A DNA stretch of 64,000 bases from the human T2T-CHM13v2.0 reference genome, Homo sapiens. Position 1 is the stretch's first letter, and every line of letters begins with the position of its first letter. Positions 30,601-45,182 of the stretch are shown in pieces. Position numbers and translations under genes: made by a program. The stretch lies in the NCBI RefSeq assembly GCF_009914755.1, contig NC_060925.1. One strand, written 5' to 3'. The notes beneath the pieces are model-generated. The model did not search any database. It had not been told where the DNA came from and worked only from the letters and a program-made list of their open reading frames with translations.

Positions 30601-31894
30601 ACAGGAAACAAAAATAAAAATAGGCCAATGGGACATTGTGAAATTAAAAAGCTTCTGCACCGCAAAGGAGACAATCAACAGAATGAAGAGATAACCTATA
30701 GAATGGGAGAAAATATTTGCAAAGTATTCATCCAATAAGGGACAAATATCCAGAATACACAAGGAATTCAAACAACTTAAGAGCAAATAAACAAATAATT
30801 CCCATTAAAAAGTGGGCAAAGAATCTAAGTGGACATTTATCAAAACAGGGCATATAAATGGCCAAGAGGTATATAAAAAAATGCTCAATAGCACCAGTCT
30901 TTGGGGAAATTCAAATCAAAATGTCAATGAGATATCATCTCACCCCAGTTGGAATGGCTACCATCAAAAAAACAAAAAATAGCAAATGCTGGTGAAGATG
31001 CAGACAAATTCTTATACACTATTGGTACTTAATGCATGCAGGGCTTAAAACCTAGATGACGGGTTGATAGGTGCAGCAAACCACCATGGCACATGTATAT
31101 GTATGTAACAAACCTGCATGTTCTGCACATGTATCCCAGAACTTAAAATAAAAAAATTGCAATTATAGCCATTATTGAAAACAATATGAAGGTTTCTCAA
31201 AAAATTAAAATCAAATTCTCATACAATCCAGCAATCTCATGACTGAATTTATCCAAAGGAAAGGAAATTATTATGTTAAAGGGATATCTGCTCACCTATG
31301 TTTATTGCAGTTCTATTTGCAATAGCCAAAATATTGAATCAACTGAAGTGTCCAACAGCAGGTGAATGCATGTAGAAAATGTAGTGTTTATACACAATTA
31401 AATACTACTCAGCCATAAAAAAGGAATGAAACGGTGTCATTTGCAGCAACTTGAATGAGCTTGGGAGACATTATGTTAAGTAAATGAGTCCCAGAAAGAC
31501 AAATATCACATGAACTCACTCATATCTGGGAGCTAGAAAAGTTGGTCTCACAGAAGTAGAAAGTAGAATGGTGGTTACTAGAGGCTTGGAAGGGTGGAAG
31601 AAGGAATGAATGGAAGTGGTTAATGGGTATAAACATTTCATTAGAGAAAAGGCATAGGCCTAGTGTTCAATAGCACAGTATGGTGACTAGTTAACTATAA
31701 CATATTGCATATTTCAAGATAGCTAGATGAAAAGATTTGAAATGGTCCTAACATAAAGACACAACTCATGTTTGAGGTGATGGATATCCTAGATACCCTG
31801 ATTTCATCATTACACATTGTATGCATGTATCAAAATAGCACAAGTATCCCATAAATATTTACAATTATTATGCATCAATTTAAAAAAAGAGAAA
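27690..31894 (+). mobile_element. L1MA-type LINE-1: repetitive 5'UTR joined directly to mid-ORF2, then the 3'UTR
   Basis: GC-rich repeated 5'UTR units at 27690-28260, a jump near 28490, RT motifs ([25 protein letters not shown]), an L1MA 3' end and A tail. Degenerate TSD aagattgacaatg / aagatcaacaatg. Confidence 0.88.
31027..31156 (+). mobile_element. Short L1PA (PA8-PA10-like) 3' end nested in the L1MA
   Basis: gggcttaaaacctagatgacgggttgataggtgcagcaaaccaccatggcac...cccagaacttaaaataaaaaaa. Confidence 0.88.
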
Positions 31895-31937
31895 AAGATC
31901 AACAATGGGCTTCTTCTTTGATGTATACAAAGCATAT

Positions 31938-31966
31938 AGTAATAATAAATAAATAAATAAATAAAT
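31938..31966 (+). repeat. (TAAA)n microsatellite
   Basis: aataataaataaataaataaataaata. Confidence 0.8.
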
Positions 31967-31969
31967 ACT

Positions 31970-32830
31970 TCAATAGAAAAAATTTAGGGGATAGCATAAA
32001 GAGAATGCTTACAGAAAAATATGAATTTCCAATGCACACATTGAAAAAGACTCTTTCATATCTTACTCATAAGAAATCCACGTCACAGTCAAAATGACAA
32101 TGAGATCATTTTAAATTACCTTTCATATTGGGATAAATTACAGATTTTGATGATACTCACTGTGATAGTTTGAAGCAAAAGGTACTTGGATATACTTTTG
32201 GTGATAGTAATGGCTATTGCAGTTTCTCTAAATGGCAATTTGATAGTTTAACTAAAAATGTATACAAATATCCCTTTTGAGCCAGGAACCTGACACTAAA
32301 CCTGGCACTAAAGATTTACCCAATGATACAGGTACAAAATTAAATAAGATATATAATGATATTTTTTAAAAGGCAAAAGATTTATACAACCTGAAGAGAA
32401 ACCAGAGTATTATAATGATATTTTAAAAAGTGGTATTGGTAATAACAAAACAAAATATTTGACTATAAATGTTCACCTGTAGAAAATTGGTTAAATGAAA
32501 TGAACTTTTGAGTAATGAAAGATCATGTTACCAGAAAAAAGAATGAGATGGCTCTGTATATGTTAGCGTGAAAAAAATTTGCAAAAAATAAACATATAAG
32601 GTACAGGTGTTGTATGTAAACATACAATAAATTAAATACAAATAGTTTAAATATTTGTATATGAAAAAATATATGCTTATATATGCATGAACATTTTCTG
32701 AATGAAAACATGAAGAATTATTCCAGTGGTTGTTCTTGGGAAGTGCAGCTGGTGGGAAGAAGGACTTTAATTTTTATTTTTCATCCTTTGGATTGTTTGA
32801 ATATTAAAATCATTTTCATGTACTATTATA
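31970..32830 (+). mobile_element. Ancient L1ME-like 3' region
   Basis: ggcaatttgatag...tatcccttttgagccagga...aatgttcacctgtagaaaattggttaaat. Confidence 0.55.
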
Positions 32831-33414
32831 ATTTTCTTAGAGATATCATTATGTGCTATCTGCATGGTAGAACTATGTTTTTCATTTACTTTTGTTTCTT
32901 TATATATTTCAGAATTTTAAAAAATAATAAATTCTTTTTTTCTTTTAAACCCCAGTAGTTTTGAGTCTGGATAATCCTACATCCCCTGTGCCCTTCTGGA
33001 TAATCCTGGACATGATGTGTTTCTATGTTAAATGAGTAGGGCGGTATGTTCTATAGAACTTTAGAAGACAGATAACAACAAAGGATTTCATTTTTAGTTT
33101 GAGAATTGTTAATCTGTAGCTTTTTCTCATGGAGCAATCAAATAATAGGGGTAGCTGATGGAAAAGGCACTCCTAGATAATGATATAAAACCATTTTCTC
33201 TGTGATGAAGCAACGTGACTCTTACTTTTCTTTATAGTAAAAGAACATGCAATCATACTACCCAAAAGGGAACTGAGTTCATTTCAGAACATTTAAAAAG
33301 ATATAAAATTTCATATTTGAATGTTTTCACTGCCAATTTTTAAATCCTTTTATTGAAAATACGGGCTAAAGAAGAAAAGGCTTCACAGATCTCATGTCCA
33401 AAGCTAAAGAAAGC

Positions 33415-33580
33415 ATATTCACTTTATATGTGATAATGGCTTCATCTTTACTTGCATAAAGATCTTTCACCTACATTAATTCGTTTAAATTGTCAGAACA
33501 ATCCTTCGGAATTTGTATTATTATCACATCCCTTTATGAATGACAGCCTGGGGCTTGAAAGAAGTGAGTCACTGGAGGAG
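33415..33580 (-). mobile_element. MIR fragment
   Basis: ctttcacctacattaattcgtttaaattgtcagaacaatcc...cctttatgaatgacagcctggggcttgaaagaagtgagtcac. Confidence 0.55.
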
Positions 33581-34669
33581 AGTTTCTGCACCAATGAGAG
33601 TGCCTGGGAAACACAGCCAGTGGTAATATTTACTGAATGAATGACTTCCTAATATCATACTGACAATAAACACGAGGACAGAGAAGGGAAGTCATTCATG
33701 TCCTCAAAGCATTGGATGGGCAGCAGTGGCATCATCAGGAGCCCCAGACAGTCCAGATCACTGCTCCCTGCACCTTGTCCTCAGCCCCAAGTGCACATAC
33801 ACCAAGGGCCCCATTGAGCTGGCTATCCAGCAAGCTAGCCACCTGGCCTTTACCCTCTGCAGCAGCCTAGAGCCACACACAGAAGTACATTAGGTTCTGG
33901 AAGAAGGAGGCCTTTCCAGCTTCCAGTTTCAGGAGCATCCGTAGTTACACCTTACTCTTTCTGCATGCCTGCCCATTAGCCTTGGCTTGACTGTATTGCT
34001 GGAGGTTTGCTTTCCACAGCCTTCTGATGCAGACATCATGAGCTTCTGGCTTCACATTCACAGTAGTGCCTGTTTTCCTCTGTGCATACACTCCCTCTAC
34101 ATATCTGCCTCCAACTTTGGCTCACCTGCACCCCTCTGGGTTGTTTCTATTCACCTAGAGCCTGTGAAGCTGGCAACCTAGGGAAATTCTTCACCATCCA
34201 TCATTTTCTTCAATGAGGTATTCTTCTTTTGGTATTCTCCATCAGTTTTAAGATGCCCTTTAGAGCTTTCCTTTGAACCCTGTAGTTACTCTTACATGAG
34301 AATGTAATACATCTTTATATTAAGATTTCCCTGTTTAAATTACTGTGTGATTTCCGAACCATACTGATAGAGAGGGCTTGAAAGGACAGTAAGAATCTGG
34401 GGAAATAAAAGGGAAATTCTACCCCTCTGAACCGTTAATTTGGAACTCAGGTATTTATATCTGATTTGTCAGTTATTGAGCTTTAATAACTCTATATCTT
34501 TCAGTCAACTAAGAAGCATATTGGTTATTAAAATTTACTTATTCCTTGCAAGATAATACACATAAAAATGTTTAGAAAAACAATAAGTAAGGCCTGTTTA
34601 TCTCATTATATACAAATTATGATTATATTCTTTAAGGAATTTTAGGGTTGTTTAGTGTATATACCTAAG

Positions 34670-35132
34670 TGTGAAGACAAAAATGACTCCATCTTGGATG
34701 CTAATTTGTCATGCTGACTTCTGATTATCTCCAGTACCATTAAAGCTGTCTGATTCCTATTTTATTTACTGTCCTTAGTGTAAAAACATGCACTTAGTGT
34801 AAAATCTTCCTTTAGAGCAAAACGACCTTGATGTTATTGCACAAATTATAGACTCTGTGCATAGTCTTATGATGCACATAGCATGCTTTCCTGTTCTGGA
34901 GAGTTGCCTTTTTCTCTATAGAGCACGTTTCCAATGGCATATAAGTCCTGAATTTGGGAAGTAATGGTACAGAGATCTACCTGTCCTGCTTCCCAAGACC
35001 ATGGTTCTGTCCAAAAGTCACCCAATAAATCATGCTTTACCAATACATGGAATTTTCCTGCCTCGTTCTTTAGTTTCTTGGCCCTTTATGTGTTTGCAGG
35101 TTGCTTTGCATATATGGCCCTTTCATGGAACA
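34670..35132 (+). mobile_element. Solo LTR, LTR47-like
   Basis: tgtgaagacaaaaatgactccatcttggatgctaat...ccctttcatggaaca; TATA-like tataag and AATAAA; TSD ctaag/ctatg. Confidence 0.82.
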
Positions 35133-35353
35133 CTATGACTCAGACATAATAAATGGATAAGATTCTCAATTGTAGAAAGTTCCTTTCCATGTAAAGAATG
35201 AGACAAAAACTTGCAAATGGAATCCCAATTGATAATCTCATTTGATTTCTGTATTAACAGAATTTAATGATGTTTCTCTTTAGTCTGCTAAACTGCAAGG
35301 TTGCTGAACTGCAGCCAATTTTAAGGGATTTCTAATGGTTTAGGCTGGGTTAA

Positions 35354-35470
<117 letters not shown>

Positions 35471-36546
35471 TAGGCTGGGTTAATTTTGATTAATCTAGTG
35501 TAAAGAACAAAGAATAAGAAAGCTAAAGAGCTGATTTCTTGACTTGTTAAATATCTCCACTTAGAATGTTTTATTTACTGTAGTTATACTCCACAACCCC
35601 TCTTTATGCCAATGTGTTCTGCTGACCTGTGCTGTCATCCACCAGAAGAAACCTCAAGACAGCTGGGAAGAAATACAGATGAGCAGGGCAATGTGTGTGC
35701 TCCATATATGGGAAATTTTATGCAATGAAGATCATGAAAACATAGTCTAATATACAGTTAACATTTATGGAGCAGGTTCTATGTGCCAAGCATGTCTTAT
35801 TGCTTATGAGAAAATGCCCGTCTGGTTTCATTGACCATTTTGAAACACCGCAACAGATATATTATACCCAGGAGATAACCTGCTGCTCTTTAGCTCTTCG
35901 GTCTCTCCACACGGGCTGGCCAGAAAGACACTTGACTCTGAGGTGATCCAATGCCCTAAAGCAGAAGAACCACACAAAGAAACCAACACAGATATTTAAT
36001 TGAGCATAGTTTCCAAATAGATAACCAACAGATGGGATTACTAATGTGTTAAAAGAACTTCTGATAATCTAGGAAGCTAATAGGTCACTTTTCCAAAGTT
36101 TTGGAAGCAATTCAGGAGACATAGTTGAAAAATAATGATTGAACTCTTTAAGTGATTTGTTTGACCAGGTTACGTTTTGGTGCCATCATATTTACAATTC
36201 CTTATATTTACATAGCAAATTGGAAACTGGTGCTTTATAGTTTACTTGATGTTATCACATAGGTTTTCTCTCCTATGATGTGAAGTAGATAAGAAACTAT
36301 TTTATTCCTCAGATAGAAGAGGAAAGTAAGCTAAAGAGAAGTTACATGATTGACATGTAACAAAAAGACACACTGGAAATGGACCCTTGTCTTCACATTT
36401 GCACCCCTGATCTCCCTTGACTACACCACACTGTCTCTCAAATGTCACCACCTGGGCCTCAGTATGTTTTGGGTGTTTTTTTGTTTGTTTGTTTTTGTTT
36501 TTTTCTTTGGGGTGTGTGATTTGGTCTGTTATTAAAAGCATTAGTA

Positions 36547-36846
<300 letters not shown>

Positions 36847-38896
36847 GGCGTTAGTGAACAGTTTACTTCCTTATAGGACTTGAATACAAGAGAATCAGAA
36901 ACATTGACCTTTTTAGGTATGTGTGAAAACAGGAAATTTTACAAATAAATCCTGAAAGGAATCACATTATTTTCTTGTTTTTCCCACTGAAAAACCTGAT
37001 ACATTGTAAAGAAAAAAAAAACAAAACAAAACAAGAAAATTCCACAAACTTACCAATGCTCCTCTTGGGAGTCGAAATACTATAAGCCTTGATTTCTATT
37101 CCCTCTGAGTCATAATTTTAACTTTTTAGGTATTATCTACCTAAGTTTCTAGAGTTGCTTTTTTAAAAATCGGTTTTTATAGATTTACTCCTTAAGTTTT
37201 ACACTTAATTTATCTGTTTATAGTCATTTCAAACAATTTCAAGTAGCTGTTCTCCATAGGAAACCATATCACAATATCAGAAGCACCTAGGAAACATTTT
37301 AAAACACACCTCTGTTTTCTTTTTCTCTTCCCTACTGAGCTATGCCCCCATTTGTGAAGTCATTCCTTATAAAAGTCCTTGGAACAAATTCATGGAAGCT
37401 GGTAAGATCATTCTTCCCGAAGCCTTTTTGGCAGCATAATCAACAAGATAGCAAAGAATTTTACTGATGATGAACAAGAGTCCCAAATCACCCAAGCTTA
37501 GCAAAACACACAAAATAAACTAGGGCAATAAAATATGAGAAGCAAATTACATTTTTAATATTCTTTCCATGTTAATAATCTCTAGACTGTTACAATAGTT
37601 GCAAGGAATTTAAAAATGCATTACCTATGTACAGTCATGCTCCCAATGGTTTATTATAATAAGATTTTAATCTGACAGAGTTTTTCCAATTCATTCCTCC
37701 AAGATATTATTACTTTGCAGAATAACTAAAAGGTGAGCAAGTGCTTATCTGACATACTCTAGGGCATTTATCATTAGCTCTGGATACCTATACCTGAAGA
37801 ATTCAACATAATCAACCATGATACTTAAAAATTAACTGTGTTAAAAAAATAAACATAAGCACTTTAGGGACAGCTTAAGTATTTCCCAGAAGAAAGACCT
37901 AGAATTGGGTGTGGGCCAAGGGAAAAGTTAAAAAGGCAGATTCTGGACACACAAGAATAAAGAGAAAGCAGAGAGAACGAGTGTCCAATGTTAGACATCC
38001 TTGACTTTGTTCATGGTCTCTCATTTTTCTAAGCCTTGAAATTGTAAATATTTGAAAATCCCTGCCCTCTCTGAGGTCCTCCTTAATCCTCCTATGTGGG
38101 ACTGACTCTCTTCCTGATGTATTATCATCACTATAGGGACCTGCCCCACTTTTAGCTCTTTACTTAAGTAATAGTCTCCACTTCCTGCCATTGCTGTACT
38201 CCAGCTATAGCTAATTAGATAAGGAGAATAAAACAGATCTAAATGATCTCATCCATAGGTTGGCCAAAACTTTTGACCTGAAGTGAAAATATGGGCCAGA
38301 CCAATCAAATTTGCCTCTTGGGATTCTGGAATTGAAATGCAGTTCCTGGGAAGAGAGCCAAGGCAAAAAATTACAAAAACTCAAAGGCTGAGTCTAGATC
38401 AGGAAAAGACTTTGTATACTTACTGATCTTATGCAAGGTAAAAAGGGGTAATTATTATAACAGAAAGTGGATAATCAGAAAAATTATCCAAAACTTGGAA
38501 ATAGATAAAAGAGACTATTAGATATTTCTTCAGGGCAGTACTGGGCTCAGTTTTCTATTGATAGGGTATTTTATAACTCAGTGGGAACAGAAGATAAGTT
38601 ATAGATTTTTGTCTGGTAGACAAGCAAACAATTTCTGTCCATTGGAACAGATACAGCAAAAGTTACAATTCATGGTGCAGAAAGACATTAACCACCTTTG
38701 CATCTAAGCCAGATATCTAACCTTAATATTCTTTTATTAAATTCCTTACATATATCTTGCTACTTAAATGTTCTTTGGGCCTGCTTCAATATATTTAATA
38801 TGTTTCCCATTAACTAGTAAGTTAAATAAAAGCTTTGGGAAATATTTGTTTTATATTCATATGAAATCATTTTTTTTAGTATTTTGGGAATTCTTC

Positions 38897-39181
38897 TTTT
38901 TTTTTTTTTTTTTTGAGACAGGGTCTTGCTCTGTTGCCCAGGCTGAAGTACAGTGGCATGATCTCTTTGGCTCCTGGGTTCAAGTGATTCTTATGCCTCA
39001 GCCTCCCAAGTAACTGGGATTACAGGTGCTTGGCATCACACCTGGTTAATTTTTGTATTTTTAGTAGAGCTGGGGTTTTGCCATGTCACCCAGGCTGATC
39101 TCAAACTCCTGGGCTCAGGTGGTTTGGCTGCCTCAGCCTCCAAAGTGCTGGGATTACAGGCGTAAGCCATTGTGCCTGGCC
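38897..39181 (-). mobile_element. AluJ-like element
   Basis: gagacagggtcttgc, ctcctgggctca; TSD ttgggaattcttc / ttggggattattc. Confidence 0.9.
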
Positions 39182-39494
39182 TTGGGGATTATTCTTTAAC
39201 AGTTTTGGCAGTCATCCATTGATGTGCTAAATAAAACTCACCTAACAGAGATAAGTAAATTGTGTTGCCTGTTGTATACCTTATGGGCTACTAATCCCAG
39301 GTACATGTTTTCTTGGCTCCCAGTGTGAATTTCAAGTGATAGGAGAACTTCAAACTTTTCTGACTCTCTTTTTCCCTCTAGTTTCATTCCCTGCTTACTT
39401 GCCTGATTTTCTCATGGCCAGCATGTTATTCCCTATGAGTGGCAGTTAAAACTGTGAATTTGGCTTTATGATCTGACCATTTGGTGATTGCTGT

Positions 39495-40235
39495 TGTTAA
39501 AACAGAGATCATTAGACTGATGGAATGGACTCTGTGGCAATAAGATACCAAATTATAAACGAGCTAAGCCCATGCCAGGCAAGTGTTAAGTTATGCACCT
39601 TTATACATGAAGAATAAACTGTATTCTAAGTATCACAATGTTCTTTTTCTTCAGTGGCTAAATAAGTACTGACTTTGAGATAAGTAATACAGAAGCAATT
39701 GTGGCTCACCTACTGCCTCTTTGTTCAACAAGCTGACCTCTTTCTTCAACAGGCTATAACTACAGTTTTGATTGGGCAAGAGACTGATTTCAGTAACTTT
39801 GTCCTGATAAGAGAACACCAGCCATGGACTGGTTCTTGTCTGTTTACAGAGGCTGAGCACTGAGTGTCTTTGTGTCCTCTGCTTCACCTCTTAATACACA
39901 GGGCCTAATTGTAATGCATTTAAATATTAGGTTTCCACCCTAAAGTAAACAAGGGACATATGTAACATGTATATTTGCTTACTACACAATTGCGTGTCCC
40001 CCTATTTGTGAGTATTCATAGCTTCTCCTATAACCTGTTGAGTATGTATACTTAGCCAATCTGTTCAGCATAAATTCCTGTTTCACCTTCCCTCCTTCAA
40101 AATGCCTGCTCTCAGTCTCTGCTGGAGGGTACACTTCCCAGTCTGTCAGGATGGCCACTCTGCAGGCTGCAACCCTTTATAAGAAATAAAGCTCTCCTCT
40201 CCAAGTCTATGAAAGTCATGATTCTTCAGCTGACA
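39495..40235 (+). mobile_element. Solo ERV1 LTR (LTR39/LTR48-like)
   Basis: TG...CA termini, exact 4-bp TSD CTGT (39491-39494, 40236-40239), AATAAA near the 3' end. Confidence 0.85.
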
Positions 40236-40410
40236 CTGTGGAAGGAAGATGGAAATCCATTCTTTGCTGGGTGAGAGAAAACAGAATCCAGCTTGTTCGT
40301 TCATTTTATTTGCGTGTATTCATGAGCGCAAATCAGTTAAAAATTTTATGCCCACTAAGGAAAAAAAAGTGGTTTGAGCTCTAGACTCATGAGTTTTTGT
40401 ATTATTATGC

Positions 40411-41228
40411 TGTGGTATTTTGTAAAATATATTTGGTCTTTGACCCCATTTCCTGGCATATAGCTCATAAAAGCTGTAGAAACTCAAAAATGATGTCTTT
40501 TTGTATGCTAAGTTTTTGACTGATGACTGGCAGCCTGTAAGTAGCTTCGGTATGGAGACTGGTCACCAAAAAGACCAAGGCAGGATTACAGGGTTGGGAC
40601 TTTCAGCCCACATCCCAGCCTCCAGGAAGGAGAGAGGGGCTGAACATTTGTTGACACTAACGGCCAGTGGTTTAATCAGTCATGCCTACATAATGAATCC
40701 CTCATATACACCCACAAAAAACAGAAATTTGAGAGCTTTCAGGTAGTTGAATACATGGAGGTTGCCAGAGGGTGGCATGCCCGAGGAGAACATGGAAGCT
40801 CCACACCCCTTGCCCCTTCCCCCAGGCATCTTTTTATCTGTATCCTTTGTAATATCCTTTATAATAAACTCATAAATATAAGTAAGTTTCCCTAAGTTCT
40901 GTGAGCCACCCTAGCAAATTAATTGCACCCAAAGAGGGAATTGTGAGAACCCCAACTTGAAGTGGGCCAGTCAGAAGTTCCAGAGGCTGGAACTTACAAC
41001 TGGTGTCTGAAGGGGGTTGAAGCCTTGGGAGACTGAGCTCTCAACCTGTAAAATCTGAGGCCATCTCCAGGTAGAAAGCATCAGAATTGAGTTAGAGGAC
41101 ACCCAGCTGGTGTCTGCTGATAGGTATGTGGGGGACGCCCCCCTCCCCACCATTTAGAAGACTGGTTGTTGATTGGTTGTTGTGGTGGTGCAAGAACAGA
41201 ATAAAAGTAGTTTGTGGTTTTCTGCTCA
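40411..41228 (+). mobile_element. MER21-family solo LTR
   Basis: tatatttggtctttgaccccatttcctggc...agggttgggactttcagcccc...tcagaattgagttagaggacacccagctggtgtc. Confidence 0.85.
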
Positions 41229-42497
41229 TGTGTTCACTTCATATCTGTGACTGGTTTGTAAAACAGACTAAAAACTGTGTGCCTGTGATCAGAAAAGCCT
41301 GTACCTCTCATTGTGTGTGAAATGTTTTTCTAACTCTGGAAAGTGTTAATACATTAGATTATGTTTCTGAAATTACTGAAAATTTTTCTGACTGGTTTAA
41401 TAGATAAATAAGTGGTTACAAAAATACAATATTTACTAAATTTGCAAAAATAAAGAGACTAAACTTCTAATTATGTTAAATGTGCTAGACTTTTAAGGAA
41501 AGAACATCCTTACATAAGCCGCTAGCTCAAAATCATTTTTTTAGTAAAGTCTAAGTTTCTATAATTATGATTGGTATTTGGACAAATCAGACTGAATTAA
41601 TAATTCTGGCTTAAAAATCAATCATAGCTTTTTGTTTTTTTTTCTTGAGTTATTCATGACGGAATGTGAAATAAGCATACTCAAAAAATAAAAAAAGGGT
41701 TCTGTTTGTTTTCTCATGAAAAGACATGTTCAGATGAACTTCCAAGCCTTGTTATATTGGCTTCCTGACAAAAGAGTTAACATTACTCCTACGTACTGAT
41801 TAAGATTATGAATAATGCAAATTTGTGTTAAACTGAATTTAATAATAATTCCAACAAACACTTTCATAATGGTAGTCATGTTTTAGAGTGTGTTAACTTA
41901 AATATGATTTCCAGAATCCTTAGGTAATTCAGCTACTTGTACTAATGTTAAATTGAGTTACTTTTTGAATAATCTTTGAATAGCTGGATACTTTACAATT
42001 AAGATAGACTACTGAACCCTTGATCATTAAGCATAATTGTAAGTTTATTAACTTTTGCTTCTGATTTTACTATACTCTATAGAGTGGACGTGTCTTTGCG
42101 GTATGTTGATGAACATGTTCGTTTTTGCTTCATTATTAACGTAAGGAAGAAGAAAGGGATAAAAAAGAGGTGTGTGGTTGTGAAGTACTAAATTATTAGT
42201 ATGCATGAGATTTGCTTGTCTGTTAACGACAGATTAACTACCTTTTGGTTCTTTCTGTAAAACAGAATTGTTACTTTAGTTAAAAGTTATAATTAATTTG
42301 GATGGTTGAGGCTATGTTAGGAGAACTATAACTGGGTATATGATTATATTTTTCATAGAAAAAGGAGAGTGCCTTTGTTTTAAAGGGCCGCTCTGTTCTA
42401 GAACATGAAAGAGCATAGTGAAAGATCAGAGCAGAGGGAGAAGACAAATGTCGAGAGGATTGAAAGGGGTAAATTCATCTGCTTTGGTTTATAACAC

Positions 42498-42808
42498 TTT
42501 TTTTTTTTTTTGAAGAGATGAGGTCTTGCTATATTGTCCAGGCTGGAATGCAGTGGCCATTCATAGGAGTAATCCCACTTCAAGCATGGGAGTTTTGACC
42601 TGCTCTGTTTCTACCCTGGGCCAACTCACCCTTCCTTAGGCAATTCGCTGGTCCTCTGCTCCCGGAAGGTCACCATATTAATGCTGAACTTAGTGTGGAC
42701 ACCAGATTGGAATAGCACACTGCAGCCTAGAACTCCTGGGATCATGCAACCCTCTTGTCTCAGCCTCTCCAGGAGCTGGGACTACAGGCCTGCTCCGTTG
42801 AGCCCCAC
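42498..42808 (-). pseudogene. 7SL (SRP RNA) processed pseudogene
   Basis: Alu-domain ends plus the 7SL-specific S domain (gaccagcgaattgcctaaggaagggtgagttggcccagggtagaaacagagcaggtcaaaactccc on the minus strand), an A tail, and TSD tataacac/tataatac. Confidence 0.92.
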
Positions 42809-43885
42809 TATAATACTTTTAAGCCTGTAAAGGACCTGTAAAATTTGTTAAATTTGGCAAAGTTCATACAATTTTGATGGACATGCTGATTTAAGGAGAA
42901 AAAAGGAACTTACAAAACTTTTACTGCCAAATATATTAATGTAAAACTAGAATATGGCTATCTCTTTGGTAAGATAAAAAAATTGATGTCAGAGCTTTAC
43001 CCTCCATGTAATCTACCCAATATATTCCATAACTCATCAGAATAAGCTCTGTTTTTGGTTGGCTTTGTAATGTACTCTGTTAAAGGAAGAATATCTCCTC
43101 ACTTACAAAGAGCTAAATTTCCATAATGTGCTTTTATATCCATTTGAAAATATTTTATTGTCACCTTGACTAAATAGATAACCAAATGTTATTTCTCAGA
43201 GATCCATAATCCAATATTAATCAAACTACCATATTTTTAAACACGTTTTGCCTTTATCAATGCTGGATTTCAAATTAAGAAAAAATAAAGTAAAATTTCA
43301 GGATTTTTTTCACACTTGAGGTTATTTTTGAAATTTCATACAAAGCCCCTGGAAATTTGCAATAATTTATTTTGTGCCTTATAAAAAAGTATGCTAAAAT
43401 AATTAGATTTGTTTGGTGTGCTCCATATTTCTTAATTAGATTAACATTATTATAAAAGCTGTATAGGAAGAATAGTCAAATCAGAAAAGATGCCCAGTCT
43501 ATCCTAGGTTACATTTGTATAGGAAATGTGCTGCTCATAGAGATGTTTCACAAATTGCACACTTTATGGGAAGCCCATGGAGATTTTTCAATGCTTTAGT
43601 AATCCATAATAGGGTTTTACCCTCAAGGGAAACAGTTATCAGCTTCTTAGGAAATAGTAATGTGCTCCACACTCATGTTATTGGTCACTGGATTAAAATA
43701 ACCACAGCTACTCAGTCTCACTCTCAAACAAGTTTCTGTTTCTCTCTAATACTTGCTTGAAGAACAGGCTATAGCTTCTGGCTATAGTTTGTATTTTCAA
43801 CATAGATGGACTGACTCAGACCCTGGCAGAAAAAACTTTACCAGATACTCTGAATTATTGGGTGCCTCAAAAAATAAACTCTTGG

Positions 43886-44481
43886 TGTTAGAGTATGCAG
43901 ATAGCCAAACAACAGCCGAGAGGGGAGCCCCTGAGAAAAGGAAAATACCAGTGCAGAAAGAAACGCCCCTTAAGATGCTCAGTAATCATTCACCTTGCAG
44001 TTAACCTGTCAGAATGTAGCTAGATGCATGCTGATAAGGGGAAGAGGGCAAAGAAGAAATTCCTAAGAGATACAAGGCGCAATTTGTATCCAACACCGGG
44101 CCCACGCATGTGCACCAACTAATAGGAGAGAAGGATTCCACAAAGCTGGGGTGGGAACTAGGCGGGGGAGAAGGAGGGGCTTAAGGCAGGAATGGGAAAA
44201 CTCAAGACAGAAAACGGGTAGAGACTTGAAACAGAGGCAGGAAACTCAAGAGAAAATCCTACAGCATCAAAACCCACCAGCGGGACTCTCAGGCTTCTGC
44301 AGGCCCACTCCCTTCAGCAGTCCACTCTGCCTAACCTTTTCAGAGTATACTGTCTCTAAATAAACTCTCTGCTTTCTATTTTCCTTCAATACATTCTCTT
44401 TTTAGGCTAAATCAGTTGCTTGGCAGAATTCTTTCTCCAAGTAAGACTAAGAACCGAATATTCCTGCACTTCCTGGTAACA
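43886..44481 (+). mobile_element. Solo LTR (LTR18B-like)
   Basis: tgttagagtatgcag...cctggtaaca termini, aataaactctctgc poly(A) region, imperfect TSD cttgg/ctgg. Confidence 0.78.
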
Positions 44482-44866
44482 CTGGTACAGGTCTTCAACT
44501 GACCCTGCTTAGACAATTTTCAGATTGTACCTGAGTCAGGATTTTCGGGACTTTTTCCAGACTGGAAGTCAATGTACTTCTAAAATCTGACTTCTGAAGC
44601 AAGAACCACATCAATAACGAGAGAAATAGAATTGATTTTTTTTGGGGGGGTGGTTATTTTTGATATTACCTGAAATGTTCTATTTTTCATGGATATGTGA
44701 GGAAGTCCATTTTCCTTCATCTTAAGCCATTTCTGTCTAATCCATTTGGTAGATTATGCTTTTAAAAATTGAAATGAAATGTTAAGAAATGGTATTTGAG
44801 TTTCACTGACCCCCCTTTTACTGAATCTTTTTACTTTTCATGGCAATGGGGTTTATATATATTCTC

Positions 44867-45162
44867 TTTTTTTTTTTTTGACAAAGTCTCATTCTGTCAC
44901 CCAAGCTGGAGTGCAGTAGCACAATATCGGCTCACTGCAACCTCCACCTCCTGGGCTCAAGCGATTCTTTGGCCTCAGCCTCCTGAGTAGCTGGGGATTA
45001 CAGGCATGAGTCACCACACCTAACTAATTTTTGTATTTTTTAGTAGAGACAGGGTTTTGCCATGTTGGTCAGGCTGGTTCCTGAACTCCTGGCCTCAAGT
45101 GACCCACCCACCTTGGCCTCCCAAAGTGCTGGGATTAGAGGCATGAGCCACTGTGCTCAGCC
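44867..45162 (-). mobile_element. AluJb/AluSz-like element
   Basis: Full dimer; TSD gtttatatatat / gtttatatacat. Confidence 0.92.
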
Positions 45163-45182
45163 TATAGTTTATATACATACCT

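Noticed and set aside
42498-42808. Functional SRP RNA gene
   Set aside because: Many substitutions, CpG decay, an A tail and a TSD mark it as a processed pseudogene.
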